A stretch of DNA of 64,000 bases from Thermodesulfobacteriota bacterium (GTDB taxonomy: Bacteria > Desulfobacterota > Desulfobacteria > Desulfobacterales > C00003060), in the NCBI GenBank assembly GCA_034189385.1, contig JAXHVD010000020.1, positions 1 through 64,000 on the forward strand, read 5' to 3'. Both the position numbers and the translations under genes were made by a program. Positions 19,442-28,992 of the stretch are shown in pieces; the stretch's first letter is position 1, and the number at the start of each line of letters is the position of its first letter. The notes beneath the pieces were generated by a model that was not told the DNA's origin, searched no databases, and was given only the letters and a program-made list of their open reading frames with translations.

Positions 19442-21301
19442 TCAATCGTTCAATTTCCCGATCCCTTCATTCCTCCATCTCTTCTCTGCTTTCTGAAATT
19501 TGTTGAGCTGGCCCTCATAATAGGCCCTGTCTTGGGGTGCCATGGCCAGGGCCCTTGTGATGGCCGTAATCGCCCTGTCATACAATCCATTTACATAAAA
19601 GCTTTCTGCAAGGGTATCGAGCACATAGGGCGCGGGATGGAGCGCTGCTGCCTTTTCTGCGTAGACCAGGGCCTTTGCATGGTTTCGATAGCGGGTCTCC
19701 TGGCACGTGGCATAGATCCAGGCCAGGTTATTCAATGTCTCCGGGTCTTGGGGCGCAAGCTGAATAGACCTTTCATAGGCCACAATGGCCTGCCCATAGG
19801 CTCCTTTTTGAAAGTGAATCGTGCCGAGGAGGGTGTAAAGCTTGGGATCATCAGGATTCTCCTTGAGATTTCTCTCCACGATCCTTTCAAGAAGATGGGT
19901 ATTCAGGGTCTGTCCCACCTTCCCGAAGTTCATGGCGTAGCCCATAGATCCTATGCAAAAGAGCCCTACCACAAAGAGGGCGATACTCACCTGGAGCTTG
20001 CGGTCATGCCGTATGATCCAACGGCCGTCAGCCTCGCACTTGTTTAGATAATCGATGCGCTGGCCAATACTGAAATGGTGCCAGTTGGGCCTGTCGTGGC
20101 TTTTGCCGGAGTGTAAGGCAATCTTTTCTAGAGAGGAGACAAGGCCTGCACTGGTCCCTAATAGACTGAATGCATAGAGATCGGCCTGGCGCTCACAATT
20201 GCGCATGAAGTATCCGAAGATGTACCTGAAATAGACAAAAAGGGTAGCTGCCATGGCCAACACAAAGACGATGGACGTGTACGGGAATAGTTCGGCCCTG
20301 GGGTCTAGCGTGATGGGCAATGCAAGGCGGGTGACCATGACCCCATAGAGGATAAGGTCAAATACAGCATAGGAAACCAAGATAAGACCCAGGAAAAACA
20401 CAAGATACAGCAGGAGGTGCTTTCTTTTTACATGACCGATCTCGTGGGCCATGACCGCGTCCAGCTCAAAGTCATCCAGAATCCGCAGGAGACTCTCTGT
20501 GACAAGGATGTACCGGAATCTCTTGACCACTCCCATGACACCAGCGGTCAGCAGTCTCCCTTCAAAGATAGGCCAGTTTAAGATGTCGTTGTATCCAATA
20601 CCGGCCTGGTGGCAAAGGGCCTCGATCCGTCTTCTTGCCGGAGAGTCGGGCAGAGGACGACATTTCCAAAAGGACTTTATCAAGGAAGGGGTCCCTACCA
20701 CAAGGGCCCCGAGGAAGCAAGAGAAGAAGACAACCTGTCCTTCTGGCGTGGCCAACAGGTCTTTTGGAGTCTCAAAGGGAAGGGCGTCTATGATATCCAG
20801 TCCTATGGAGATGAGAAGCCACGGCAGGATGATCGGGAGATTAAAGGCGACATTGGACAGGATATAGGATCGCCTGGAGACCTTGGTTTGAAAAAGACGC
20901 CTGTAAGGTTCGTAGGCAATGGCCCAGATGATAGTAAGATAGAAGACAAAGAGGCCGATAAACAAAATGGCCACCAAGGTGGGCGAGGCGGAAAAGAGGG
21001 GGTGAGGCGTTACAAAGAGCTTCAGATTCAAGACGTAGACATCGAGTGCAAAAAGCACCACCGCCATCATGGCCTGGCGATTGAATACACGGTCAAACCG
21101 GCCGTGGAGGCCATAAGGGCCGCGTTGATCGATCTGCCTGGAAAGGGCCCCAAAAGAGGCTTGGGTAAAGAGGACGAAGATAGCCACAAAGACAAAGAAC
21201 GCCAGGGCTGTGTCAAGAGGACCAAGATAGGGCTGTTCTGGCGGGAGGTAGACGGTGTATATGAGAAGGACCAGAATAAAGTAGACAAAATTCCGATACA
21301 T
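19442..21301 (-). CDS. M48-family (Ste24/HtpX-like) membrane metallopeptidase with C-terminal TPRs
   Basis: Multiple TM helices, HEIGH, ERQAD, TPR-like repeats (LNNLAW, LDTLAE). Confidence 0.88.
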   Translation of the reverse strand: MYRNFVYFILVLLIYTVYLPPEQPYLGPLDTALAFFVFVAIFVLFTQASFGALSRQIDQRGPYGLHGRFDRVFNRQAMMAVVLFALDVYVLNLKLFVTPHPLFSASPTLVAILFIGLFVFYLTIIWAIAYEPYRRLFQTKVSRRSYILSNVAFNLPIILPWLLISIGLDIIDALPFETPKDLLATPEGQVVFFSCFLGALVVGTPSLIKSFWKCRPLPDSPARRRIEALCHQAGIGYNDILNWPIFEGRLLTAGVMGVVKRFRYILVTESLLRILDDFELDAVMAHEIGHVKRKHLLLYLVFFLGLILVSYAVFDLILYGVMVTRLALPITLDPRAELFPYTSIVFVLAMAATLFVYFRYIFGYFMRNCERQADLYAFSLLGTSAGLVSSLEKIALHSGKSHDRPNWHHFSIGQRIDYLNKCEADGRWIIRHDRKLQVSIALFVVGLFCIGSMGYAMNFGKVGQTLNTHLLERIVERNLKENPDDPKLYTLLGTIHFQKGAYGQAIVAYERSIQLAPQDPETLNNLAWIYATCQETRYRNHAKALVYAEKAAALHPAPYVLDTLAESFYVNGLYDRAITAITRALAMAPQDRAYYEGQLNKFQKAEKRWRNEGIGKLND

Positions 21302-21492
21302 CTTTCATTTTTAACATAGACTGCCCTGACGTTCAACCAGCAAGGCTGGTCCCAAGGCCGTGTCCGCAATGCAAAGTGCTGCCCAAAGAAAGCCATCAGG
21401 TATTCTATATTTCCAACTTATAGTAATTTGCTTTAACACAGGGGCATTTTACGGAGACAGGGCGGACAGGTCAACCATCGCATGGCCATTTC

Positions 21493-21676
21493 CGGGCTGT
21501 TGCCCAAATCCTTTTGCCTTTTTCTGAACCTTTTTTGATACAAAGGCTTGCTCCAGGTGATTTCAAAACACACCCCCTTGCCTGGCCCCTCCCCATGGTG
21601 TGATGAACCCGCCCCACAAGATCTGGATAACCCTTTTCCCTTGAAGCACCATGCCCTTTTTCGTATATTCAGCCTG
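21493..21676. mobile_element. Degenerate copy of the fold-back MITE-like element
   Basis: cgggctgttgcccaaa is identical to the reverse complement of the 40280-40478 right end; left half colinear (tttttgata, ctccaggtgat.tcaaaac). Confidence 0.6.
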
Positions 21677-21754
21677 TTCAAAAGCGCGTCCTTTTTTTCA
21701 TCACCAGAGCGATTCGTATGTTGTGAATGGGTGTTCGGGAGGGCTGGGTTTTCC

Positions 21755-22549
21755 ATGATCGGCACAGAAACCTCATGGATTCGAGTCTCCCTGTTTTGGG
21801 GGGGACTCCTGTTCTTTTTGATCTTGGAGCTTTTCGTGCCTTATAGGAAAAGTACCGTGTCTAAGGCGAAGCGCTGGGTCCATAATGTGGAGCTGACCAT
21901 TTTCAACACAGTGTTTCTCCAGCTCCTGTTCGCGGGCGCCATTGTGAGCACGGCGGCGTATGTGGCCAATCGTGAGGTGGGCGTTTTGAACATGGTGTCA
22001 TTGCCGGCCTGGGCCAACGTTCTTGTCACCGTGGTCTTTATGGATTTCATGCTCTACGTCTGGCATCTGCTGAACCATGAGGTTCCTTTCCTCTGGCGGT
22101 TTCATCGTGTGCATCACAGCGATTTGAATATGGATGTCTCCACGGCGACCCGGTTCCACATCGGGGAATTGGCCATATCGACGGTGATCAAAATCTCACT
22201 GGTCTTTTTTACAGGGGCCCCTCTTCTAGGCGTTCTTGTCTTTGAGTGCGCCCTGGTCTTGTGTGCCCAGTTTCATCACAGCAGCTTGGCGGTGCCCGGG
22301 TGGTTCGAGAAGATTTTTTGGGTTTTCTTTGTGCCCCCTTCCATGCATCGGATTCACCATTCCGTGGTCATCAAAGAGCGAAACACCAACTATGGGACCA
22401 TTTTTTCAACCTGGGATCGGGCCATGGGGACACTCTTAATGGATGTGGACCAGACACGGATCCGCATCGGTGTCGGTGCCTATCAGAAGCCTGGGAGATT
22501 GGATTTTCGGCGTCTCCTTGTCATGCCTTTTACCCGGCCCATTCGGTAG
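21755..22549 (+). CDS. Fatty acid hydroxylase / sterol desaturase family membrane protein
   Basis: His boxes HLLNH, HRVHH, FHH, HRIHH; NYG..FS.WDR. Confidence 0.9.
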   Translation: MIGTETSWIRVSLFWGGLLFFLILELFVPYRKSTVSKAKRWVHNVELTIFNTVFLQLLFAGAIVSTAAYVANREVGVLNMVSLPAWANVLVTVVFMDFMLYVWHLLNHEVPFLWRFHRVHHSDLNMDVSTATRFHIGELAISTVIKISLVFFTGAPLLGVLVFECALVLCAQFHHSSLAVPGWFEKIFWVFFVPPSMHRIHHSVVIKERNTNYGTIFSTWDRAMGTLLMDVDQTRIRIGVGAYQKPGRLDFRRLLVMPFTRPIR

Positions 22550-22594
22550 GGTCCGTGGAGGGGCTCTTTTCCCGAGGAGGTTTTAGAAAAGTAG

Positions 22595-22653
22595 GGCCAA
22601 ATCTGCTCTTGACCCTCGGTCAAAACGACTAAGGGTCAGAAGCTGACTTGGCC
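22595..22653. repeat. Long imperfect palindrome between convergent genes
   Basis: ggccaa..tgaccct..gtc/gac..agggtca..ttggcc. Confidence 0.6.
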
Positions 22654-22705
22654 GCAAGACTCCTTTGATTTCCAAACGGGCCGGACGTGCTCTAATCAGT
22701 TCCTT

Positions 22706-24262
22706 TCATGCCCATTCGGAATCTGTTAGTGGAAGGACATCAGCGCCTTTCTCCTCTGTTTGAGAGGTGGCATTGTCGGGTCTAAGTGACGTTGTTGTAC
22801 CATCGGTCTTGAACATAGAGATGGATGAAGAAAGCTCTTCGGCTGATGCGGCACTGTTCTGAGCCACCCTGTCCACTTCGTTCATAGCCTTGTTCACCTG
22901 TTGGATGCCAGTTGTTTGCTCCTCGATGGCAGCAGTGATTTCAGAGATTAGCTCATCCACCTTTCGCGAGGTCGTGGCTACTTCTCTATACTGTTCATCC
23001 GTCTTTTGAACCAGATCTGTGCCTTTCTTGATCTTTCCAACGATGTCCTCTATCAGAGTTTCCGTATCCTGGGCTGCCTCGGCAGACCTCATGGCAAGGT
23101 TTCTGACTTCCTCGGCCACCACTGCAAAGCCGGAACCAGCCTCGCCTGCCCGGGCTGCTTCCACGGCCGCATTGAGAGCAAGGAGGTTCGTCTGGAAAGC
23201 GATTTCCTGTATCGTCTTAATGATCTTTCCGATATTATCACTCGCTGCTGACGTCTCTTCGAGCGAATTCATCAAGTCTTTCATGGAAACATTGGCCTGG
23301 CCTAGGACCTCTTGGGTATTGCCTACGACCCTTTGAACTTCCTTGCTGTGTTCGGAGTTCTGCGTCATCGTGGAAGATATCTCTTCCATAGATGAAGAAG
23401 TCTCTTCAACTGCGGCTGCCTGTGCGCTGGCACCTTCAGCCAATTCCGTGGCGCTCGCTTCTACCACGCCGATTGTTGAGTTCAAATACTCTGTCATTTT
23501 GTTGAACGAAGTCGCCAAATCTCCCATCTCGTCGCGGGATTCCATCGTCACTTTGCGGGTCAAATCTCCCTTTGCCATAGACTCGGCATTGTCCTTCATA
23601 ATGCTCACAGGCCTAATGACCATTCTGGCAATCAGGAAGTAGACCAATAAGACCGTCAAGACACTCCCCACTACACCCATGAGCAAGTTTCTGTTTCGAA
23701 CGGCAGAAATGCTCGAATACATGTCCTCGTTGACCTGGCGTGCCACTAGTCCTCCGAGGACCTGACGGGTTGAGCCATGACAATGGTGGCAGAGTTTTTC
23801 GTTACGCATAGGAAGGACGACCGAAAAATACCGTTGGCCCCCAATGGTTTCCTCGTAACCCTGTTCTGGCGCTTTACCATCGGTCAACATACTGTTTGCG
23901 GCGGCAAGGAATGAGGGGTCACGGAGTTCATCATTCAGATTCTTCCCTTCTTTGCTTTCGTTTGAGCCATAGACAATGGTCTTGTCAGTACCAAAAACCA
24001 GGACTTCCACATTCTTCATATTTTCCTTAAGGTCGGACAGTTGTCGCTTGACGGTCACGCCATCACCTCTGGACATGGGGAAAAGCATGCTGGTGTAAAT
24101 ACTGTTGGCCAGACCAAGCCCTGCTTCCTTGGTTGCTTGCTTCACGCTTCTCCCGTGCTCCCAAACATTAAGGACGATCATGGAGCCAAGGACGATCAGA
24201 AACAGAGCCCCAAGGGTGGCCACTACCTTCACTTGCAGTTTTCGAAATAGTGTGTTGAACAT
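22706..24262 (-). CDS. Methyl-accepting chemotaxis protein with a periplasmic c-type heme sensor domain
   Basis: TM-periplasmic-TM-HAMP architecture; periplasmic [39 protein letters not shown] tip. Confidence 0.95.
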   Translation of the reverse strand: MFNTLFRKLQVKVVATLGALFLIVLGSMIVLNVWEHGRSVKQATKEAGLGLANSIYTSMLFPMSRGDGVTVKRQLSDLKENMKNVEVLVFGTDKTIVYGSNESKEGKNLNDELRDPSFLAAANSMLTDGKAPEQGYEETIGGQRYFSVVLPMRNEKLCHHCHGSTRQVLGGLVARQVNEDMYSSISAVRNRNLLMGVVGSVLTVLLVYFLIARMVIRPVSIMKDNAESMAKGDLTRKVTMESRDEMGDLATSFNKMTEYLNSTIGVVEASATELAEGASAQAAAVEETSSSMEEISSTMTQNSEHSKEVQRVVGNTQEVLGQANVSMKDLMNSLEETSAASDNIGKIIKTIQEIAFQTNLLALNAAVEAARAGEAGSGFAVVAEEVRNLAMRSAEAAQDTETLIEDIVGKIKKGTDLVQKTDEQYREVATTSRKVDELISEITAAIEEQTTGIQQVNKAMNEVDRVAQNSAASAEELSSSISMFKTDGTTTSLRPDNATSQTEEKGADVLPLTDSEWA

Positions 24263-24336
24263 AGTAAACCCCCTACTCGATATTCGTTTAGTATGAAATT
24301 GCTTTTGCGTGTCTCAGACCTCACATAAACCACCCA

Positions 24337-24852
24337 CTAGTGCGCACCTCCGTAAATGAGAGGCTTGTAATCGAAGGCTGCCACCCGTTCCGAATTGTGA
24401 CAGGACTCGCAGTCTTTTGCAGTCAAGGAGCCTTTAATATCCTCTGGGTCCCCGGTGTCTACATGCAGGTTCCCCGGGCCGTGACAAACCTCACATCCTG
24501 CGTTTTTCAAGTGAGGCGTTTCATCGTGTGATCGAAACCCCGTCGCATTTCCGAATCCGGTTGTATGACACTCAAAGCACTTGCGGAATTCAGCCTGTGT
24601 CAGGTTCTTTTTCATGGCTAGGATACTCTCATAGGAATGGGCTTTTTTAGCGTAGTTGACGAAATTCCTGTATTCAACTTCATGGCATTCCTGACAGGCG
24701 TTCGACCCGACGTAGGCCATTCCGGAATCGGCCTGAACCGAAACAGGTTTCACGCAACACCACGTGACAGCAAACAAAACCAATACTCCGAAGCAGAGTG
24801 AATAGGCCATATATCCCTTCCATAGTCTCATTACATCACCTCCAATAGTCAT
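24337..24852 (-). CDS. Periplasmic tetraheme cytochrome c (c554-like)
   Basis: Signal/TM segment and four CxxCH motifs (CQECH, CFECH, CEVCH, CESCH); YVGS..C..CH and HGPG..H; start could be 24831. Confidence 0.92.
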   Translation of the reverse strand: MTIGGDVMRLWKGYMAYSLCFGVLVLFAVTWCCVKPVSVQADSGMAYVGSNACQECHEVEYRNFVNYAKKAHSYESILAMKKNLTQAEFRKCFECHTTGFGNATGFRSHDETPHLKNAGCEVCHGPGNLHVDTGDPEDIKGSLTAKDCESCHNSERVAAFDYKPLIYGGAH

Positions 24853-24942
24853 TAAGCATGAGTAGTTAAATGAGATAGTGTTAAAGTCGCCATCCTATCC
24901 TCTGGCTTGATCCCGGCAGATAGAGCAGGTTTGTGAAATGGC

Positions 24943-25446
24943 TTACGCTGACCTCTCTATGCCCATGAGTTCGTCAGCGCTAAAGACGCGATGCATGTCT
25001 ACAAGGATCGTGACGTTGTCATCTCTTTTGGCCATTCCTAGAATATAGTCTGTTTTGAGCGTTGCACCGAAGGTGGGCGTATCTTCGATGTCGTCTCCGT
25101 TGATGTTCAGTACCTCTGAGACCGAATCCACCACGGCGCCGATAACCACGTTCCCAGCTTTGCCGTCGATTTCCGCCACGATGATGCAGGTGCGCTCTGT
25201 GTAATGGACCGATTCCATACCGAATTTCACCCTAAGGTCAACGACTGGTATCACCTTACCCCGCAGATTGATGACGCCTTTGACGTAGTCCGGGGCCTGA
25301 GGAATCGGGGTTACCGGCATCATCCCGATGATCTCTCTGATTTTGAGGATGCCGATTCCATATTCTTCATTGTCTAGCGCAAAAGTAAGGTATTTTCCTT
25401 CTCTATTAGCTGCCGTCCTACCTGTTCCTTCCATATCTTCTTGCAT
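24943..25446 (-). CDS. cheW: Chemotaxis adaptor CheW
   Basis: YLTFALDNEEYGI, GVINLRGKVIPVVDLR, VDSVSEV. Confidence 0.96.
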   Translation of the reverse strand: MQEDMEGTGRTAANREGKYLTFALDNEEYGIGILKIREIIGMMPVTPIPQAPDYVKGVINLRGKVIPVVDLRVKFGMESVHYTERTCIIVAEIDGKAGNVVIGAVVDSVSEVLNINGDDIEDTPTFGATLKTDYILGMAKRDDNVTILVDMHRVFSADELMGIERSA

Positions 25447-25754
25447 ACCTTTATCACCCCCTTTGACCAGCACAAGATGTTGACGACGCCAGCGGAAAAC
25501 CTTTCCTATGCATAAATTCCGTGCTCCCCATGTTTCAGTACTTTCATTTGAAGGTGCCATAGATGCGGCCCAGAGCTGAAGGCCGTTTCTGGCCTGAGTT
25601 TCACCAAACGCAAGTCGCCGCGTCGTCTGGCCTATGAACTATGCGAGAATGCTCTGGAACCTGAAAGCAAGGGCATCATACTTGCATCAAGTGGCTCTGC
25701 AGGTCATGAGGAGCCCCTGGTCACTCTGAATGCCGATGACTCAGCCTGAATACT

Positions 25755-25781
25755 TCATCGGCTGAATCCCGTAAAAGTTTA
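25755..25781 (-). promoter_or_regulatory. sigma28 (FliA)-type promoter
   Basis: Minus strand TAAA-N15-GCCGATGA upstream of cheW. Confidence 0.75.
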
Positions 25782-26191
25782 GTAATCAGCAGTTTCCAGT
25801 TAGGTTTTTGCACGCAGGTGAGGGGACAAACAGAAAACTGTAGAATCCAAGGCCTTAACATTTCAAGATATTATTGTTTTGGCCTTTCACGGAAATGTGA
25901 AGCGTGTGTGGCCGCCGATTTCACCGGGTCCTTTTTGTTGGTGGGCGTTTGACGTACCTTACTACATCGGCGCAGTCACAGCGGGGCGCCAGAGGCAAAC
26001 TGAGCGGACGGTGGATCTGGGCGCACTTTTGGTTTTGACTGAGGCTCAAGACTGCGCTACGGTCGGGTGAATACTAGGGGTCCCCATCCAGGGTGTGGCA
26101 AAAAAGAGGCCCCAAAGGGGCCATAGTAGCGTATTCTCAGGGGTAAAGGGCAGACAGGGAGAGACAATGGTGATGTCAGGTTTTTGTCGTT

Positions 26192-26743
26192 TTGGTAAAA
26201 AGGGAGAAGCCCGTGGGCGTCATTCGCAGAGTTGGGTTTGATTTCGCCTTTGACCCCAGTGCATGCAGAGACTGCCCGGGCCGCTGCTGCCGCGGGCCAT
26301 CCGGTCGCGTTTGGGTAAACCATGAGGAACTTCTCGAGATTTGCGCCTTTTTAAAGACAAATCCCATTGATTGCATCCAGAAGTACTTCAACCGGGTGGG
26401 CAACAGATTGTCTGTCAAAGAACGGTTTGCTGAAGACAGTTTTGAATGCCTCTTCTTGGAGGGGGCCGAGAAACGCTGCGCCATCTATCCTGTAAGACCT
26501 CTCCAATGTCGGCAATTTCCGTTCTGGGATTATTTCAGAACACACAAGGATGAGGTCCTCCAGGAGTGTCCCGGAATCAGGGAATATAGGAAGGCCGGAG
26601 ACGAAGTAACGCCTCTTAGTTCAGCGCACCCAAGCATCGGTCCTGGTTGTGGCAGTTCCGGGAGACAGCACCGTTTGTCTAAGGGCTTAGAACCTCACCG
26701 ACGCAAGTTTCCTTTTGATCAAAGCACTAGAGCTGAGTATTGA
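26192..26743 (+). CDS. YkgJ / CxxCxxCC cysteine-cluster protein
   Basis: CRDCPGRCC, ECLFL, CAIYPVRPLQCRQFPFW, ECPGI; the residues after ECPGI look like a non-conserved extension. Confidence 0.85.
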   Translation: MVKREKPVGVIRRVGFDFAFDPSACRDCPGRCCRGPSGRVWVNHEELLEICAFLKTNPIDCIQKYFNRVGNRLSVKERFAEDSFECLFLEGAEKRCAIYPVRPLQCRQFPFWDYFRTHKDEVLQECPGIREYRKAGDEVTPLSSAHPSIGPGCGSSGRQHRLSKGLEPHRRKFPFDQSTRAEY

Positions 26744-27152
26744 AATTATTTGTATATAACTAAGAGTTCGCCCCCGTCGTTGCCACTAGTAGTAGGTGTG
26801 TCAAGACTTGTACCCCGGAATCTGCAATGTCGAGGGTTGGGGAAATTTGCCAAAGAAGGCCTACAGCCATTGCCACCCATAATCTTTGCAGAGCTACTAA
26901 AGGCATTGGAGGCCGAAGAGAAGCGATTCGGCCCATAGGGCACTGCATCGGAAGCAACACCAGTGCCTAGGGACTTCGCTTCCTATGGATTGTGACTAAC
27001 CTTTTGAAAAGAGTGAATAAAAATGTCAAGAAGCCTTTTGGGCCCAGGAGTGTCGCGCAAAAGCCCAATGGCTCAGGATATAATTTTTAAACTAAATTAA
27101 ATATAATTTATCATTATATTAGTAGAAATGAACATAAAAACTATTATTTTTC

Positions 27153-27182
27153 TTGCAAATAGCATATAAATATGTTTATAAT
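27153..27182 (+). promoter_or_regulatory. Putative sigma70 promoter in an AT-rich tract
   Basis: TTGCAA-N18-TATAAT. Confidence 0.5.
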
Positions 27183-27248
27183 ATACAACTAAATGGACGG
27201 AAACGCCTGGACTAAGGTGCATGAAAGAGAGAGAACCACGCAGAAAGG

Positions 27249-27710
27249 ATGATGACCATGAGAACTTGTGTGTTCACGGTGATAGTGTTTTTGTGTTGCT
27301 CGGTGTCTGGTTTTGCTGAGACATTAAAGGATGAAAACGAGGTCCAGCAGTTCGGCGATTTTGTCCTCGACAGTGTAGTGAGCGCCGGTATTAACGCTGC
27401 TTTTGAGGCCATGAAGCCTTTTGTGCAGCTGACTGAGACGGAAATGGACACCTTAGCGTCGGAATCCAAGACACAGCGAGATCAATTTTCCGGAAGATTT
27501 GGAAAATCTACCGGTTATGAGTTGATAGGCATAGAAAAGGTGGGCGCATCCCTCTTGAGGCTACAATATATTGAAAAGACAGAAAAACATGCCTTCCCCT
27601 GGTCGTTCTATTTTTACAAGGCTGATCAAGGGTGGATGCTCAATGATTTTTCCTGGCACGGCGACATCAGAAGAGTCTTTTCTGGACAGGCGTCCATCTG
27701 GCCGGAGTAA
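27249..27710 (+). CDS. Hypothetical exported protein
   Basis: Sec-type signal peptide ending GFA-E; protein-like composition; own promoter. Confidence 0.75.
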   Translation: MMTMRTCVFTVIVFLCCSVSGFAETLKDENEVQQFGDFVLDSVVSAGINAAFEAMKPFVQLTETEMDTLASESKTQRDQFSGRFGKSTGYELIGIEKVGASLLRLQYIEKTEKHAFPWSFYFYKADQGWMLNDFSWHGDIRRVFSGQASIWPE

Positions 27711-28160
27711 GAACCCGTGCGGCCACGGACACAGGGGGGGGCAGAAAAAAGCCATTCCTCAAACTCTATTGCGCCTGGCTTAGGGTGAGTGTTGTAGCCA
27801 TGGAAGGCCTTTGCTGCGCTCACAGTGGCTTGACTATCCCTGACACCCAGCCGATGGCTGAGGCAGGAGGCTGGCTGGCAGAGACCTTACTCTACTCATC
27901 AAAGAACAACAGGTGACAGCCGGGCGAAAGAATCACAAAACGCCGTGAGAGTGAGACACAGTCCGTGATGCCTGTGGGCCGTTCCCTAGAAAAAATGGGA
28001 ATCAAGGTACGTTGTGGCGTCTTCCCGAGGCAACGACCTTGTTGAAGTGAGCCCGTGCTCTCTGTGGTGCTGGCCTGTATGGCCTGTACGCCTGCCACAG
28101 TAGTTGGCACAACAGGCAATGGAGTATAAGGATGGTGAGTTCTGACATACACTTGTGGGC

Positions 28161-28176
28161 AGCAAGAACCATACCA
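28161..28176 (-). promoter_or_regulatory. sigma54-type -24/-12 promoter
   Basis: Minus strand TGGTATGGTTCTTGCT (GG-N10-GC with TTGC); 13/14 inverted repeat at 28261-28309 upstream. Confidence 0.65.
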
Positions 28177-28398
28177 GGAGTGCCTGCTATCCGGGGTATT
28201 TCGTTAAATCACAATATGTTAGGGTGAAGATATAGACTCCTTGAGGGCTCTGTGCCTATGGGGATTGTCTGGCCGTCAATTACAATTTCGTGTTTGGCCA
28301 GAAAATCCCGTGACTTGCGAAGAGGCGTCAGGTGACCATATGAGGCGTCTATTGCCGCGTTCAGTGGGCATAACAGAGGGCAAGGCAGGTGGGCAGTG

Positions 28399-28992
28399 TT
28401 AAACCTCCTCTTCTTGGGGTGTGACCGTGGGCGGCAAGGACGCCAGATCCACCTTTTGGGCGGCCTTGATCCCGGCCTGAAAGGCCCTGCGGTTCATCTC
28501 TTCTGTGCCTTTGGGGGCCCGTGCCATCACCGCTGATTCCAGGGCCTTTGGAGAGACTATCTCTGTGAGCTGGGCCATGGCTCCTAGTGCCACCATGTTG
28601 GCAACCAGCTTTTTGCCCAGTTGTTTTTCGGCGATCTGCGAAAAGGGAATTGCAACGGCGCGACTGGTGGGGACTTGGTCCACCAAACCAGCGTCTACTA
28701 CCAGGAGCCCCTCAGGCCTGAGATCGGGAAAATAGTTGTCGCAGGAGGCTTGATTCATGGCCAGGAGCAGATCCAGCTTCATTGCCCTGGGATAATCAAT
28801 GGGCTTTTTACTTAAAACGACTTCTGCCTGGCAGGCCCCACCCCTTGCTTCCGGACCATAGCTCTGAGTTTGACAGACATGGTTTCCATCGCCGATGCCT
28901 GCCGCCTCAGCCAGAACCATTGCGGCCAACACGATACCCTGGCCTCCGGAGCCACTGAAGCGTATTTCATAACGTTCTTCTTTCATGGTCAT
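28399..28992 (-). CDS. 2-oxoacid:ferredoxin oxidoreductase gamma subunit
   Basis: GSGGQG, QSYGPEARGG, NMVALGA; ATGA overlap with beta. Confidence 0.93.
   Translation of the reverse strand: MTMKEERYEIRFSGSGGQGIVLAAMVLAEAAGIGDGNHVCQTQSYGPEARGGACQAEVVLSKKPIDYPRAMKLDLLLAMNQASCDNYFPDLRPEGLLVVDAGLVDQVPTSRAVAIPFSQIAEKQLGKKLVANMVALGAMAQLTEIVSPKALESAVMARAPKGTEEMNRRAFQAGIKAAQKVDLASLPPTVTPQEEEV

Noticed and set aside
21548..21754. N-terminal extensions in the ORF track (desaturase, also cheW, delta subunit, plsB, recJ, 59417 ORF)
   Set aside because: Extensions run through repeat or promoter DNA or neighbouring genes; downstream starts fit domain boundaries and gene overlaps better
25671..25686. Plus-strand sigma54-like motif GGGCATCATACTTGCA
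   Set aside because: Spacing fits, but it lacks the leading T and no credible gene starts within about 500 nt; not supportable alone
26741..26938. Selenocysteine readthrough of the YkgJ TGA
   Set aside because: The TGA lies far beyond the conserved domain, not at a Cys position, and the following AT-rich sequence forms no obvious SECIS hairpin
26920..27000. Integron attC site
   Set aside because: The bulged hairpin is not bounded by paired RYYYAAC/GTTRRRY boxes
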